Below, piece after piece: positions 29,321 through 42,956 of a DNA stretch of 64,000 bases. Source of the stretch: Octopus sinensis (lineage: Eukaryota); contig NC_043000.1 in assembly GCF_006345805.1 (NCBI RefSeq), positions 157,170,001 to 157,234,000 of the forward strand, given 5' to 3'. Position numbers and translations under genes: made by a program. The notes under the pieces were generated by a model. That model searched no databases. It had not been told where the DNA came from and saw only the letters and a program-made list of their open reading frames with translations. Positions within the stretch are counted from its first letter, which is position 1; every line of letters begins with the position of its first letter.

Positions 29321-30544
29321 ACTTGATAAGCCATATGCATGGGTAACAATTTCACATTTACATTAAAGAATTAAGTTTATGATAGTTGGAGTTTAGTTTC
29401 TTTGGAGATATCCACAAAAATGGTGGTTTCTCACAACGGCTACATGTTTATAGCAAGTGGTGGGGGTTAAGTCAACAATAGTATACGCCTCGTATTTGTT
29501 AAAACCACAAATGTAAAGTGGAAGGTAGGATGGAACCCAGACGTACTGATAAAGAAACTATCTTGTGAAGTATTTGAATATGGCACTCAATCGTTTCGGT
29601 CAGTGACATCAGCCATCATCATTGCCGCAGCCTCGTTCTGAGTATGTTTGTAGTTCGTCAGCTTCTTTGTTAAACAGAATTACATGCAGTATTTATATGC
29701 AGCAATATGGGTTAAAATGTATTGGAATTTCAGTAACAATAACAGTCATGCAAATCGTAACGAACAGTCTCGTCTTACATTCATATTATTTGAATGATCA
29801 GTTTTGAAGGAAAATCCGGTTTATTTGTCAACGTTTATTTATTTATTTTTTGCCTTTTCTAAAGCCTTCAAGCTTGTAATAAATACCCATAAATACACTA
29901 CAAAGAAACTCGTTTCGTTTATGTAATAATGCTTCACCCTCCGCCCAGTTTCTTTTAAAAAGTATATATAGTGAAATCTTTCACATGCTAGAACAACAGA
30001 TGACTCACGATCACATTTACTTCCGGTTTCATTAGCATGAGCAGAAAGAAAGACATTTTCCGCTCCTTGACAAAGTGCTAGTCAATCCCAGATTACCTTT
30101 CCCAGACAGAGTTATTAACCAACATTTAGTTGTCAACGTGGGAAGCGACTTTGCAATTCGAGCTAACACGATATCCATTGAGAAGAAACATTATAGCTTA
30201 GTTAGAGAAGAAAGGACAGTGCGCATGCCTATTTTCTCAAGTTTTGCTTTAAACTGTAGAAGGAAAGGGACCTAACTCGAACGCTCCTAACAGACTGGAT
30301 GTCAATAAAGCACACAAGAGCCTAAAGGTTGTGTTAAAACGAGTAACGGATGAAACCAACTATGGAAACACACTAGAGGATCCTCTAAAGGTTCTCTATA
30401 AAATTTTCTATAAAATCCTCTAAAGGTTTTCTATAAGAATTTTGAGCGAGAAATTGTGAATGAAAAGAGTTGCAGCAGAATCTGTACCTCGTTCGCTCAC
30501 AGAAGACTAAAAGCAGTTATGACCGAATGCGTGACCTACCCCCC

Positions 30545-30607
<63 letters not shown>

Positions 30608-32359
30608 GGGAATTCCAACCTTGTCTGATTTTCACGTTTTATTTACAATCTTATAATGATATAATATAAGATAATATAATATAATATAATAAAATAAAAT
30701 AAAATAATAGAATGTTAAATGTTCATTCTGATTGAACTAGTACTTTCATGCATTAAATTATGCAATCTTCAGGTTCATGTAGTAGTGGTGACAGTCATGC
30801 TTCACAATTTTTGACTGTCATATATATAAATATATATATGTATATATTTATATATATACACTCAAACAAATAGCTACATACACACATATATATATATAAT
30901 GTATATTTATATATAGATGTATATATCACGTACTTGGATGACCATTGACCCTACTGATTTCTTCCGCCCTTTGACCGGTTTTCCCCATCTCACGATGTCT
31001 ATAAACCGACAGACCAAGCAGGTGCGAATTCATTCTACCAGGGTATGTTGGACTCTAAGACATGGCAAATACAACTGACATAGGAGATGGAAAACTATAA
31101 GGGAAAACACTGAGCTATGTTGTTCATTGAGTTCGTGGCAAACACACGCACCGACTATCTGTTATCAGCAATTTTCGAAAAGCGTGGCTGGTTCTTCACA
31201 AGCCTTTACTGAAAGTAAGCCTGGGTGAGAAGTCTAGCCGTCATATAACATATTGGTTGCTAGAACTTCACACGTATGTGTGTGCGTATGTATGTGTGCA
31301 TGAACATAAGTATTATGTATATAGGGATACAAATACACGCACATATATGTATAAACACCCACCCACATACATAGTTACATAACAATACATACATACATAT
31401 TGAATACATAGAACTTTTATAAGTGCTGTGAAACGGGTTAACATTTTAAAAGAATGAAAGTATGTCTTACATTTTTAACGTGTTACCTTAACGAACCCGT
31501 GAGACTGTGCCACGTAACACTTAATTCATAAATGTTACATATTTCGCCGTTGTTATTATTTTCCCTCGGAATATTTCCCTCACTTTCCGCCCTCATTTCC
31601 TGTCTTCTTACCCAACCAACGACGCTTTCTAACTCCCACCATTGTCATTAAAACTTGAAATTTAGTTTTCCGTTTATAAACAATAGCCGCAAACACGACA
31701 AAAACGCAAAAACTACTGCTGCTTCTGCTTGCTGCTACTACTACTGCGAAGAAGCAACCACGTAGTCACTCGACCTGCTAAAAATAGAAGGTAAATGTTC
31801 AGATTGCTGCTGTAGTCAGTTGAGATCTGTTTGTCTTCGCCACTGTCACAGAACTCTCATTGCGTAAAACGTATCGAAGGACAAACTCTCTATTAACCCT
31901 CAATGGTACTTGAATATTTTGATAAGGTCTTGATCAAAGAGAAAATAAATTGTGCTAAAACAGTTTAGCTTCGTCCACGACGCACCTTGCTTCCCTATAG
32001 ATACCAGGCAAAAGAAAATAAGTCTTCTCTTCTCGCCAATGGAAGGCGATGGGTTAATTTAAACAATACACACAGTTGCTAACAGGTTCTGTCTTAGATG
32101 TGAAAACATCTTTTCAACAACCAAACCGACAAGTTGGCAATGCATGAACACTGAATGGATGCGTGCAGAACGGTTTCGACGCCCAACAGGAGCTAAATCA
32201 CAGGATATAGATTTTGGTGTAGTGGGTATAAACGATTAAATCGATTTCAATAGTTTATAGATGTCTGCTTTAGTTGAGTGTTAGGATAGCAACCAAATTC
32301 CTCTGAAATTATATTAAAAGAAGTTACATTGTATGAGGCGGTCCTAGTTGTATATTATT

Positions 32360-32722
32360 ATTTTACTTGTTTCATTCATTTGGCTGCGGCTTCACTGAAG
32401 CACCGCCTTAAAGGGTTTTAGTCGAAGAACTCGACTTGAGAAGTTGTACTTTGTAAGCCTAGTACTTATTCTATCAGCCTGTTTTTATGCCGAACCGCTA
32501 AGTTTCGGGGACATAAACACACCAACATCAGTTGTTTAGCGGTGGGGGTGGGGACAAACACACACATACATATACTTTTAATTTCCGGCTACCAAGGATT
32601 CCACTCACAAGGATTTCATCGGCTCCAGGCTATAGTAGAAGGCACTTGCCCAAGTTGCCACTGTGGGACGAACCTGGAACTATGTGGTTGAGAAGCAAGC
32701 TTCTTACCACACAGCCACGCCG
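32360..32722 (-). mobile_element. SINE, group A, diverged
   Basis: Tail and head motifs recognisable with many substitutions. Confidence 0.8.
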
Positions 32723-33882
32723 GCGCTTATTATACTTGAGGCAAAAAAAAAAAAAAAAAAGAGTGGTGATTGAAATGATCTTCGTCCCAATTCTGCCCAA
32801 TCAAGGCGTGTCTGGAGTTTAACAGAAACAGTAACAGATACAATAACATAAACAAAAGAATGCTAATTGAGAGAGTAGATACTACATTGCAGATCATGTA
32901 GTTCTAAATCTCCGCCTGTATGGGATTGGAGAAAAACATTTAAAAATAGAATATATGTAGAAAGACGTGTGAAATACTTTCATTCTATATTTAACGCAAT
33001 CGTTTGTTTTGCTTTTGTCTGTCATTATATTTCCTTATTTATGAGTTTAAACACCGTCCAAGGCGACTGTGCCATTCAGACTCTCGCAGTCGATAAAATA
33101 AGTACCAGTTGAGCACTGGAGTCGACAAAATTACCTTTCCCTTCCCTATAAATTTCAGGCTTTGTGCTTACAGAAGAAAGAACTATATTTCCTTATTTGA
33201 AGGTGACGAACTGGAAGAATCTTTCGCATGCCGGACAAAATTCTGCCGTCTTTTTATGTTCTGATTTTAAATTCCGCTGATGTCAATTATGCATTTCAAC
33301 CTTGGGATCACCAAAGATGATTACCAGTTGAGATCTACGGTTGATGCAATCGACTAAACCCCTCCCCTGAAATTGCAGCTCTTGTGCCATAATTTGAAGC
33401 CAAAAATTTCCTTATCATTGTTCACTTAGAGACTGTATCGTTCTTCAATCAAGCTTTTCCAAGACCGCTGAGTATTTTTCAAAACTGGACATGAATCTCG
33501 GTTAGTAGCCAAGTTTCAGTTATTTTTTTTCTTTTTTCCTAATTGCCTTTAAAGTCAAAATCTGCTCAAAATGAATTCTCATTTTCTTTTTCGTATCTAC
33601 AAATATGAATTATCTGATGTTCGTGGAATTATCTCCCTTGCTTACTGTCTTTTGAAATACCTTTAGATCACAAAAACTACTATAAAAGTTTCTGTATTGT
33701 AACAATAGTTTCGGTTAACCTAAGTTTTCCAATTCTTTGTATTACATATAGGAGTCCCTTATCGTCTTTGTATTTTTAATACGTAGAACGCTCTGTTGAA
33801 GGATTTTCTCTCGTCTTTATTTTTGACATTCTTAGAGTCCCTATTCCGTAAACCTCCTCTCTCAATATATATATATACTGTG

Positions 33883-34160
33883 GAGATTGGCGACGTACCG
33901 TAAAAGAGGGAACACAAAGGAGTGACAGGGAGAGAGAGGAGAAATGGAAAGACAAGAAAAGACGTCAACAAGAAACTATGACATTACAACCAGCCAGGAA
34001 CAATCTTCGCTACATTTGCGGCACCTGCCAGAGGGAGTGTTTGTCTAGGATAGGACTACACACCCACAGCAGGAAATGTATTAGGACATGAAATGTAAAA
34101 GCCGGACTAGTCTATTTTAAGCACAACGCCATTGCCTCCCGAGACAATAAGGATGCCAAT
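33883..34160 (+). mobile_element. RTE-clade LINE 3' end
   Basis: DWRRTVKEGT..YICGTCQRECLSRIGLHTHSRKC* (RTE-type C-terminal zinc finger) followed by tail CCATTGCCTCCCGAGACAATAAGGATGCCA. Confidence 0.75.
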
Positions 34161-34432
34161 ATATATATATGAAGGGGATTTTTCCTTGTGCAGCATGTCC
34201 TGTACTTCGTTTTTCTGCTGTACATAATTGTTCTTCCCGTTTTCGTTTCGTCTTGTTCCACGTCTCTGTCCTTCTGTTGTAACAAAATGGCTTTTCCGTT
34301 TTCGTTTCTGTTGATTTTTACGTCTTCTTGTGGTGTCCTGTACGTATATATATTTATATATGCATGTATATATACATGTAGATGTCGGTACGTACATATA
34401 TGTTTGTATGTATGCATATATTTTATTTATTA

Positions 34433-34492
<60 letters not shown>

Positions 34493-34957
34493 TTGGAGAG
34501 AAGAGTTTTTTTCTCCTCTCCAACTATTATAATTGTATCAAGGAATTTCCAAATACTCCAAATATATATATTTATATATATACATATATACATCCTACTT
34601 CCCTCCAATCACATGACTAATTTTTGTCCACCACGCGGTGGATCTCCTGTCGGTATATTCCAAGTAACTGCTGTCGCTGATATACCGGCATCAAGCTATG
34701 ACACCGCCTGACCTTCTTCGACCAATCGCAGCCCATCTTACGGTAATAAGGATCAACTTCTCTCATTCAGATTCTAAATAGTCGAAGATTAGCATCACGC
34801 TAGAAACTCGGAGTACCAGCGAATTTGGTTTGAGAGTGAGTCTAAAAAATATTTCTAAGCAGTTTTATGGAAAAAAGTCGAACGTGATTAAGAATGGTAA
34901 AGTAATGCATGAATTGAAGATAACGATAGGAAGATGATTAAATGATTTCATATCACA

Positions 34958-35357
34958 CTAGTAGTATCGCCCGGCGTTGCTCGGGTTTGTAAGGGAAATA
35001 ACTATATAAGCATTTTTAGAGAGTTATAGCCAAAAAATAGCAAAAAATGCATTAAAAATGGGAAAAAAATGGTGGTAATTTTTTTTAAAAATCGTTGACT
35101 CATCGTAGACATTTTTAGAGAGTTACTTCCCTTATATAATAGCGGAAAAATGCATTAAAATGGAAAAAAATGATGGTAATTTTTTTTTAAATCGTAGACT
35201 CATCGTAGACGCGCGCTAATACCCAGAAGGGCTCGATATGAATCACGACTATAAGATACCCGGTTTTGGTTAAACTGCACCTCAAAATGTGGGAGTAGTT
35301 AGGAATCTAAATCGTAGGAGACAGACACTCACACAACTTCACTTTTATATATAAAGA
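34958..35357 (-). mobile_element. Non-autonomous Helitron
   Basis: On minus strand A|TC start, subterminal hairpin CCCGAGCAACGCCGGG, CTAG|T end; internal tandem duplication of about 100 bp. Confidence 0.8.
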
Positions 35358-35753
35358 TATGCTGCCGTATAGAATGACTGCGTGGCTGTATTACAAAAGA
35401 TAGACTCTCGTGTTTCCCATGTTTACTATTTTCTATATTTAAATTGTGTAGATAAAAGCCACATATTGAGTTTAAATAATTTACGTAAGGTTCTGAGTAA
35501 ACACTAGAAATTTACGTAAGATTTTAAGTAAACACGAAAATTTTGTGCGCTTTATGAATGACAGATATCATAGAAAACATTTGATTGCACAAGAATCAAC
35601 TTGAGGATAGATAAGCAAAATAAATAAGCATTGAAATTCACAACAAAAAAGGTAAAGAAGAATAGAGATAAAAATAGAGAGAAGAAAAAAATATATCGGC
35701 GACCTGCATTTAAGGAAAAGGCAACTTGCATTTCACAACGACAATGTAAGTTA

Positions 35754-35950
35754 ATATTGTTATATTTCGGAATGGTCATATTGCCAGTTTAGCCAATAAA
35801 AACACACGCACTATATATTTGGTGTTATTTTGCTTCAGTGATATTTATTTTTTACACATTAATCACTGAAGCAAAATAACACCAAATATATAGTGCTTGC
35901 GTTTTTATTGGCTAAACTGGCAATATGACCATTCCGAAATATAACAATAT
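35754..35950. mobile_element. Foldback MITE (89-bp arms)
   Basis: Arms 35754-35842 and 35862-35950 with 2 mismatches, 19-nt spacer; TA at 35755-35756 and 35948-35949. Confidence 0.8.
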
Positions 35951-37757
35951 CTGTTTCAACACACGACTTCACATAAAAAATCTTGCACAACAAATATTTA
36001 AACGTACTAATGTAAGTTAAATATTCGTTAAATCGTAGACGTTACTGAATTTCACTACAAAATATAAATAAAAATTTGCCCAGCATTATCTGCCTTTTTC
36101 AGGTGTTTCTATCAAGATATACAAAGACTTGATTGAAGCAGTAGGCTTACATGTGAAAGAAAAAATTATATTAAAGAGAAAGATTACAAGATCGCTGCGT
36201 GTTACTATGGAACTGGATAAAAGGACTAATATTTCAAATACAATTTAATGCTCTACAGTTGTAGATTATATTGGACTGCGTGAAATTAAAGAAAGCTTCG
36301 GAAAATTTCACTAACATGAGCACAGAACTACTTGTGTAACAAAATGCATATTTATAGATTTAAACAAATATACTTGTGCTCAGGCACTTGTAGCACAGAT
36401 GTATAACGTCGTGTCGATGACTCTGTGTAACGCGATTTTGTCCTTGGGTAGGAAGTGTTATTTCCTATTTGCTTACCTCTAGAAAGTATGAAAAATGGTT
36501 AATATTTCCTTCAAACTTTGCTTTTGTTACATTTATTCTAACCCCACAAAATCCCTCTCAATACATGACTATGTACTCCTCCACTACTCCTGCTCATGTT
36601 CCGAGATGCACATATTCCAAGCCACTAAGGGAAATGCTCAAGTGGTTCAAGCAACTGACAAGAAAATCTGTGGTATTGAGCAGAATATTTTCTATAACAA
36701 TATTTTTGCTTCGGCAACTCAGCGCCGAATCCATCTGAAATATAATGGAAAATAGGTGCATTTCAAAATAGTGATGTCTAGATCACAAAAACAAAGTTTG
36801 AAGGGAATATTAGTCATTTCCTTCGATTTGTAATTAGAAGCAAATAGGAAATAACACTTACTGATCAAAGATAAAAAAAAAAACAAACAAATTGTTACAT
36901 GGTATTATTTATTTGAATGGCGTTCAAACTGAAGCAAAAGATAAGACACCCCTCATTGAGAAAATTTGTGACTTTCTGTATATAAGTAAGAGGTTAAATT
37001 AAAACGTTTTTCGTTTTAGTTAAAGGATAGAATATATTTACGGTACATTATGGCATAAGCGAATCCATAAACCCAGTCTTTGGCTGGACGTTTTATGATG
37101 ATTTCAAACATTCGCACAAGGTCAGCAATTTTAGGAGTAGGGGATTTGTCGATTACTTCGATCCCAGAGTTTAAATGGTTCTATTTTATAATCCCCGAAA
37201 GGATGAAAGGCGAAGTCGACTTCGGTGGAATTTGAACTCAGACAGTAGAAGGCCAAAGAAGAAATGCCGCAAAGAATTTTTGTCCGGCGTACTAACGCTT
37301 CTACAAGCTTCTATACTGCTATTAAGTGGGCTCAGCTATCAGATGTACGTTCACATTTAGTTTCTGATGAGGAATTATGGTTCTTAATCCTCGAACACAG
37401 TCTTTGGTTAAGCTGCTAACAGTAAGTTGTCTCATCTATCAATCGCACGTTTACAACTAGTTTCTGGTGTTGAATTATATTCTTAGATAATATATTTAAC
37501 CTTTACAAGTTTTGTGTATCTTAACCTATAAAAGGTTTCGAAGAATATCAACGATCTAAAAGTAGTCAGCAATTAATAATATATTCTAGCAAAATTCACA
37601 ATGCCTTATATCACTGAGATTAGAATTTGACTGGTATTATATTTCGTCGATTCTGAAAGGATTAAGACAAAGTTGATCTCGGCAAGATTTGAACTCAGAA
37701 AGAAAGGGGTCGGAAGCAGTAATTTGTTCCACACTTTAACAATTTTGTTAATCAACC

Positions 37758-38165
37758 GGCGCAGGAGTGGCTGTGTGGTAAGTAGCTTGCTAACCAACCA
37801 CATGGTTCCGGGTTCAGTCCCACTGCGTGGCATCTTGGGCAAGTGTCTTCTGCTATAGCCCCGGGTCGACCAATGCCTTGTGAGTGGATTTGGTAGACGG
37901 AAACTGAAAGAAGCCTGTCGTATATATGTATATATATATGTGTGTGTTTGTGTGTCTGTGTTTGACCCCCTAGCATCGCTTAACAACCGATGCTGGTGTG
38001 TTTACGTCCCCGTCACTTAGCGGTTCGGCAAAAAAGAGACCGATAGAATAAGTACTGGGCTTACAAAGAATAAGTCCCGGGGTCGAGTTGCTCTACTAAA
38101 GGCGGTGCTCCAGCATGGCCGCAGTCAAATGACTGAAACAAGTAAAAGAGAAAAGAGAAAGAGAG
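37758..38165 (+). mobile_element. SINE, group A
   Basis: Full-length copy close to the other young copies. Confidence 0.92.
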
Positions 38166-39268
38166 AACCGTTCTTAAATAATTGACTGATATTGATACAA
38201 GGTAAGGCGGCAATCTAATAGAATTGTTTGTTCGCCAGGCAAAATCTTCAGCGGCATTTCGTCCGTCTTTACATTCTGAGTTGAAATTCCGCTGAGATTC
38301 ATTTTTCCACTCATCCTTTCGGGGTCGACTAAATAAGTATCACTTGAGCGCGGGGATTGAAGTCATCGACTTACCCGCTCCCCCGAAATTGATGTTGGTA
38401 CAAGGCCTGACATTTGGGAGAGAGCGAGTTTTTAATTATATTGGCATCAATAACTAATTGATGCTTACATTTTATTCTGACCCAAAATGGACAAAATGTA
38501 AAGTTAGCAATAATAATTCTTTTATAATTTTGCAAAGGGTTAGCAGTTTGCTTATGTTGGTGTGGGGTGGTTTAGTCGATTACATCGGCCCCAGTGCTCA
38601 GAAAGAATGAAAGGCAAAGTCGACCTCGGTGAAATTTGATCTCAGAAGCCAGAAGAAATGCCGCCAATCATTTTTGGGAGGTGAGGGGAAACATTTCAAG
38701 TCGTTAACGAATTTTTTCAGACTGGTGAGATTGATGAAGCTGATGTCCACCCTGGGTGTCTTTAGACCAGTGTTTGTAGGGGGGGGGGAGATAATAATAA
38801 TCCTTTTTAATTTGGGCACAAAGCCAACAGTTCTGAGGGGAGGAAAATGGTCAATTATATCGACCGCAATCCTTGACTGGTACTTTATTTTATCGACCTC
38901 GAGTGGATAAAAAGCAAAGTTGATCATGACAAGATTTGAACGGAGAACGTAAAGAGCCGGAAGAAATATCGCTAAGCATTTTGTCCAGCACACAGCCAGT
39001 GGGTCGCAGTTCTGGGGAAGAAGGATTAGAAGGAAAGTTTATTGCAGATATTAGGAAGTGAAATACATTAAGGGTTACAAGTAGAGGAAAGATAATAAGA
39101 ATAACTATACGTGGGTGGAAAGAATACATAGGTAGCCGCAGGAGAGGCCATTACTGTGGTGATAAAAGAGATCAGAGATTCTCAAACAGAGAGTCATCTG
39201 TATAGTTTTTTTAAAAACATAAATCCATATTAATGCTTGAGTATCTTGAGAAAGCTGTTTATTCATAA

Positions 39269-39651
39269 CTAGCAGTATCGCCCGGCGTTGCTCGGGTTTG
39301 TAAGGGAAATAACTATAAAGCATTTTTAGAGAGTTATAGCCAAAAAATAACAAAAAAATGGAAAAAAATTATGGTAAATTTTTTTTTTAGTTAAAAAAGG
39401 TGGAGTTGCGTCCCCTAGACAGTTTGCAGTTTGTGTTTCTGATTCTCGACCCCATGTCGAATTTATCGATTTTTTTCAGAACTGGGGGAACTTTTCAAAA
39501 TTTTCGCTGCGTTAGTTTTGAATTATGACATTGGGCTATGTGTGTGTCAAGTTTCATCAGAATCGGTTGAAAGCCGTGATCAAGGTGAGGGTACAAGCAA
39601 ACAGACACACAGAAACACGCACAGACAAACTGCCGTTTATATATAGAGAGA
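39269..39651 (-). mobile_element. Non-autonomous Helitron
   Basis: Same termini as 34958; empty A|T site preserved at 40153/40154; no TSD. Confidence 0.88.
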
Positions 39652-39659
39652 TTTTGATA

Positions 39660-40084
39660 TACTCTTTTACTCTTTACTCTTTTACTTGTTTCAGTCATTT
39701 GACTGCGGCCATGCTGGAGCACCGCCTTTAGTCGAGCAACTCGACCCCGGGACTTATTCTTTTTGTAAGCCCAGTACTTATTCTATCGGTCTCTTTTTGC
39801 CGAACCGCTAAGTGACGGGGACGTAAACACACCAGCATCGGTTGGCAAGCAATGCTAGGGAAACAAAGACAGACACACAAACACACACACATACATACAT
39901 ATATATATATACATATATACGACAGGCTTCTTTTCAGTTTCCGTCTACCAAATCCACTCACAAGACTTTGGTCGGCCCGAGGCTATAGCAGAAGACACTT
40001 GCCCAAGATGCCACGCAGTGGGACTGAACCCGGAACCATGTGGTTGGTTAGCAAGCTACTTACCACACAGCCACTCCTGCGCCT
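39660..40084 (-). mobile_element. SINE, group A
   Basis: Full-length copy flanked by a 76-78 bp direct repeat. Confidence 0.92.
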
Positions 40085-40847
40085 ATAGTTTTTTTTTAAA
40101 AACATAAATTCATATTAATGCTTGATTATCTTCAGAAAGCCGTTTATTCATAATTTTGATAAACGCAAATATGATTAATGAAACAAAATGTTCTACAGTT
40201 TTTTTCTAAATATTTTTACTCTTAAACAGACTTTTTCAAACTTTTACATTTAGTTGGTGTAGAGAAAAGTTAATGCCCTTGGCCTTTGCTGGCTCTCATA
40301 GACCAGTAAAAGTTGTTGCCACTCATGTGAATGGCAACATTCGAACCTTTGTGAGTGAAGTTGTTACGAATGGGGGTTGGTCACAACAAAGTGATGGGGA
40401 TGATGAGAGAAGAGACGAGCGGGATAGAAGTGCTTGAGTGGAGGTGGTACCAGACCAACAAGCTCCAACAATCTCAGCAACAACAGGTTGTTTACATTAC
40501 TGAGTTTGACGCTTGCTGTCATCTGACCTTTTATCGAAAACTACGCCGTGATCTAAGATTAGCCCCTGGCAACGGACTTCTGTGAAAAGAAACAAACTTG
40601 AAGCTATAACGTATATAGTGTTTAAGTAGAGCTTATATGAAGAGACACTTGAAAATATAATAAAGTCACTTATTGAAATAGATATTTAATACGTATTCCA
40701 TATTCTAATAGTACATTGTGTTTCTATCCGATAGACGCCTAGTCATCACGTAATGACTTCGTCAGGACTGCGAAGAGAAATATCATTGTAGCACGTAAGC
40801 CAGCAATATATAATAGCGGCCAAAATATCCGGAAAACAAATACGAAT

Positions 40848-41017
40848 ATTTTGTTGTGTCTGAGGAGAGTCATTCTCTTTTAGTGCCTTACGATTATTAC
40901 AATAATTAAGACGCAAAAAAAATTTAATAAATAAGGAAATGAGTGGAAACTGAACCGGTGAGTGTGTTAAATAATAAGGTATTAAAAGAGAATGACTCTC
41001 CCCAGACACAGCAAAAT
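40848..41017. repeat. Inverted repeat, 35-bp arms (foldback element remnant)
   Basis: ATTTTGTTGTGTCTGAGGAGAGTCATTCTCTTTTA versus inverse at 40983-41017, 2 mismatches. Confidence 0.75.
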
Positions 41018-41696
41018 GTGCTCCAAGACACGAACTCACATAAAGAATCTTGTACACCAAATCCATAAACGAAATAAAATACGAATATGTTTATTATAAA
41101 TATGTGAACACTTTTGTTAAGTATTCCGTATATTTGCAACGGGTAAAAGTGCTCGAATGGAATTTTCAATTAACTTATAGAAAACAGCAGTTATATTAAA
41201 AATATCAATAAAATTAAGCCACATATTGAAATTTATGAGTGAGATATTTTATTTTTCTGCATACGTTGCATTACTGCAAGCAAGAAATACTTATGATTCT
41301 CCTTGCAGTTCGCCATCAATTACGTCATGTGACCAGTAGCATCTGTGGTCATCTGTTTACCAGAAACGCAATGTGTTTAGATAATCTTGTGTATATATCG
41401 ATTTCAATATGTGCATTCATTTTTCAAGTTTTGTTTTTGTTATAAGCTTTACTGCTTTCTCTCATTTTCTTCTTCTCTCCCTCTCTCTCCCTCTGCACAT
41501 ACATACATACATACATACATACAACCTTTCAATAGTTTGTAATTTGACTGCGGCCCTGCTGGGGCACTATATGCACACACACATACACACATATGTACGT
41601 GGCTGTGTACTTATAATAAATACGTCTTCGTTACTATATGCATTTGTATATACTGATATATAACATACGTACACACATACAAACACGTGTGTGTAC

Positions 41697-41737
<41 letters not shown>

Positions 41738-41964
41738 TGGATTCTTGTTAGAATCAAGTAATTAAAAGAATATGCACCAGGTAGGCAGGTAGGGATGGGA
41801 AAACCTGTGTTCCCCACCTATGATCGATTAAATATCGGGATATTCAGGTTGTGCACACGAGAAAACCACCTCTACGAATATTAAGTGCCTTGGGGCTTCT
41901 AGTAAAAAATGCGTATGAAACAACTGTAATGAGCTGACATTCATCCATCGTCTATTATTATTCA

Positions 41965-42083
41965 TTTGCATATGTGTATATATATGTATGTATATATATA
42001 TATATATGTATGTATATATATATATATGTATGTATATATATTATATATGTATGTATATATATGTATATGTATGTATATATATG

Positions 42084-42121
<38 letters not shown>

Positions 42122-42123
42122 TG

Positions 42124-42196
<73 letters not shown>

Positions 42197-42232
42197 TACA
42201 TATATACAAACATATATACATACATATATATA

Positions 42233-42280
<48 letters not shown>
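41965..42280. repeat. (TA)n/(TATG)n/(TG)n microsatellite
   Basis: Direct reading. Confidence 0.95.
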
Positions 42281-42289
42281 TTATATTCG

Positions 42290-42477
42290 CCATGATAGAT
42301 TGCTAGCCACTACACATTATTTATATTCTCTCCTTGTTTCTTTCTGTGTTCTTTCCTGTGGAAGAGCGTAGGCTCGAAACGTTAAAGACTTTTCCACTTC
42401 CCGAGCGTTATACTAATACATCTGTTTGTTGTCTACACCACCTGTCTTCGTCTGTTTTTTTTCTGTGAATTCTCCCT

Positions 42478-42478
<1 letters not shown>
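42290..42478 (+). mobile_element. Probable Penelope-like terminal repeat fragment with hammerhead-like motif
   Basis: CTGTGGA-A-GAGC-GTAG-GCTC-GAAAC-GTT with flanking TCTTT/AAAGA pairing. Confidence 0.5.
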
Positions 42479-42530
<52 letters not shown>

Positions 42531-42956
42531 TACTTCTTTTTCTGTTTTAAGTTGCTTTTAAGGAGACAAGATGGCAGAATCGTTAGCACACCGAGCAAGA
42601 TGCTTGGCGCATATCGTCCGTCTCTACGTTCCGATTTCAAATTGTGCCGAGGTTGACTTTGCCATTCATCTTTTCAGGGTCGATAAAATAAGTACCAGTT
42701 GAGCACTGGGGTCGATGTAAACGACTAAACCTGTTTTCCGAACATGCTAACTTTCTACCAAAATTTGAAATCAGTTTAAAGTTACTTTTGACCGGCTAGC
42801 TGTTTTCCAGGAAGTTTGTGAAGGAAAATCTTAAGAAAGTCATGCAGATTTTTCGACTGTAAGACCTCTCAACGCATATCGTAGTGATTATGTATAAGGG
42901 TGTTTGAGTATGTATTGGTTGCGTATATGGATGTGTATATGCCTGAATGTAGGTAT

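Noticed and set aside
30040-30240. Promoter-like motifs ACTTCCGG (ETS-like) and GCGCATGC (NRF1-like)
   Set aside because: Short motifs 170 bp apart with no downstream exon or CpG-island support.
40734-40770. Minus-strand CTGACGA-A-GTCA/TGAT hammerhead-like start
   Set aside because: GAAA is replaced by GACT and no stem I pairing exists; at most a dead relic.
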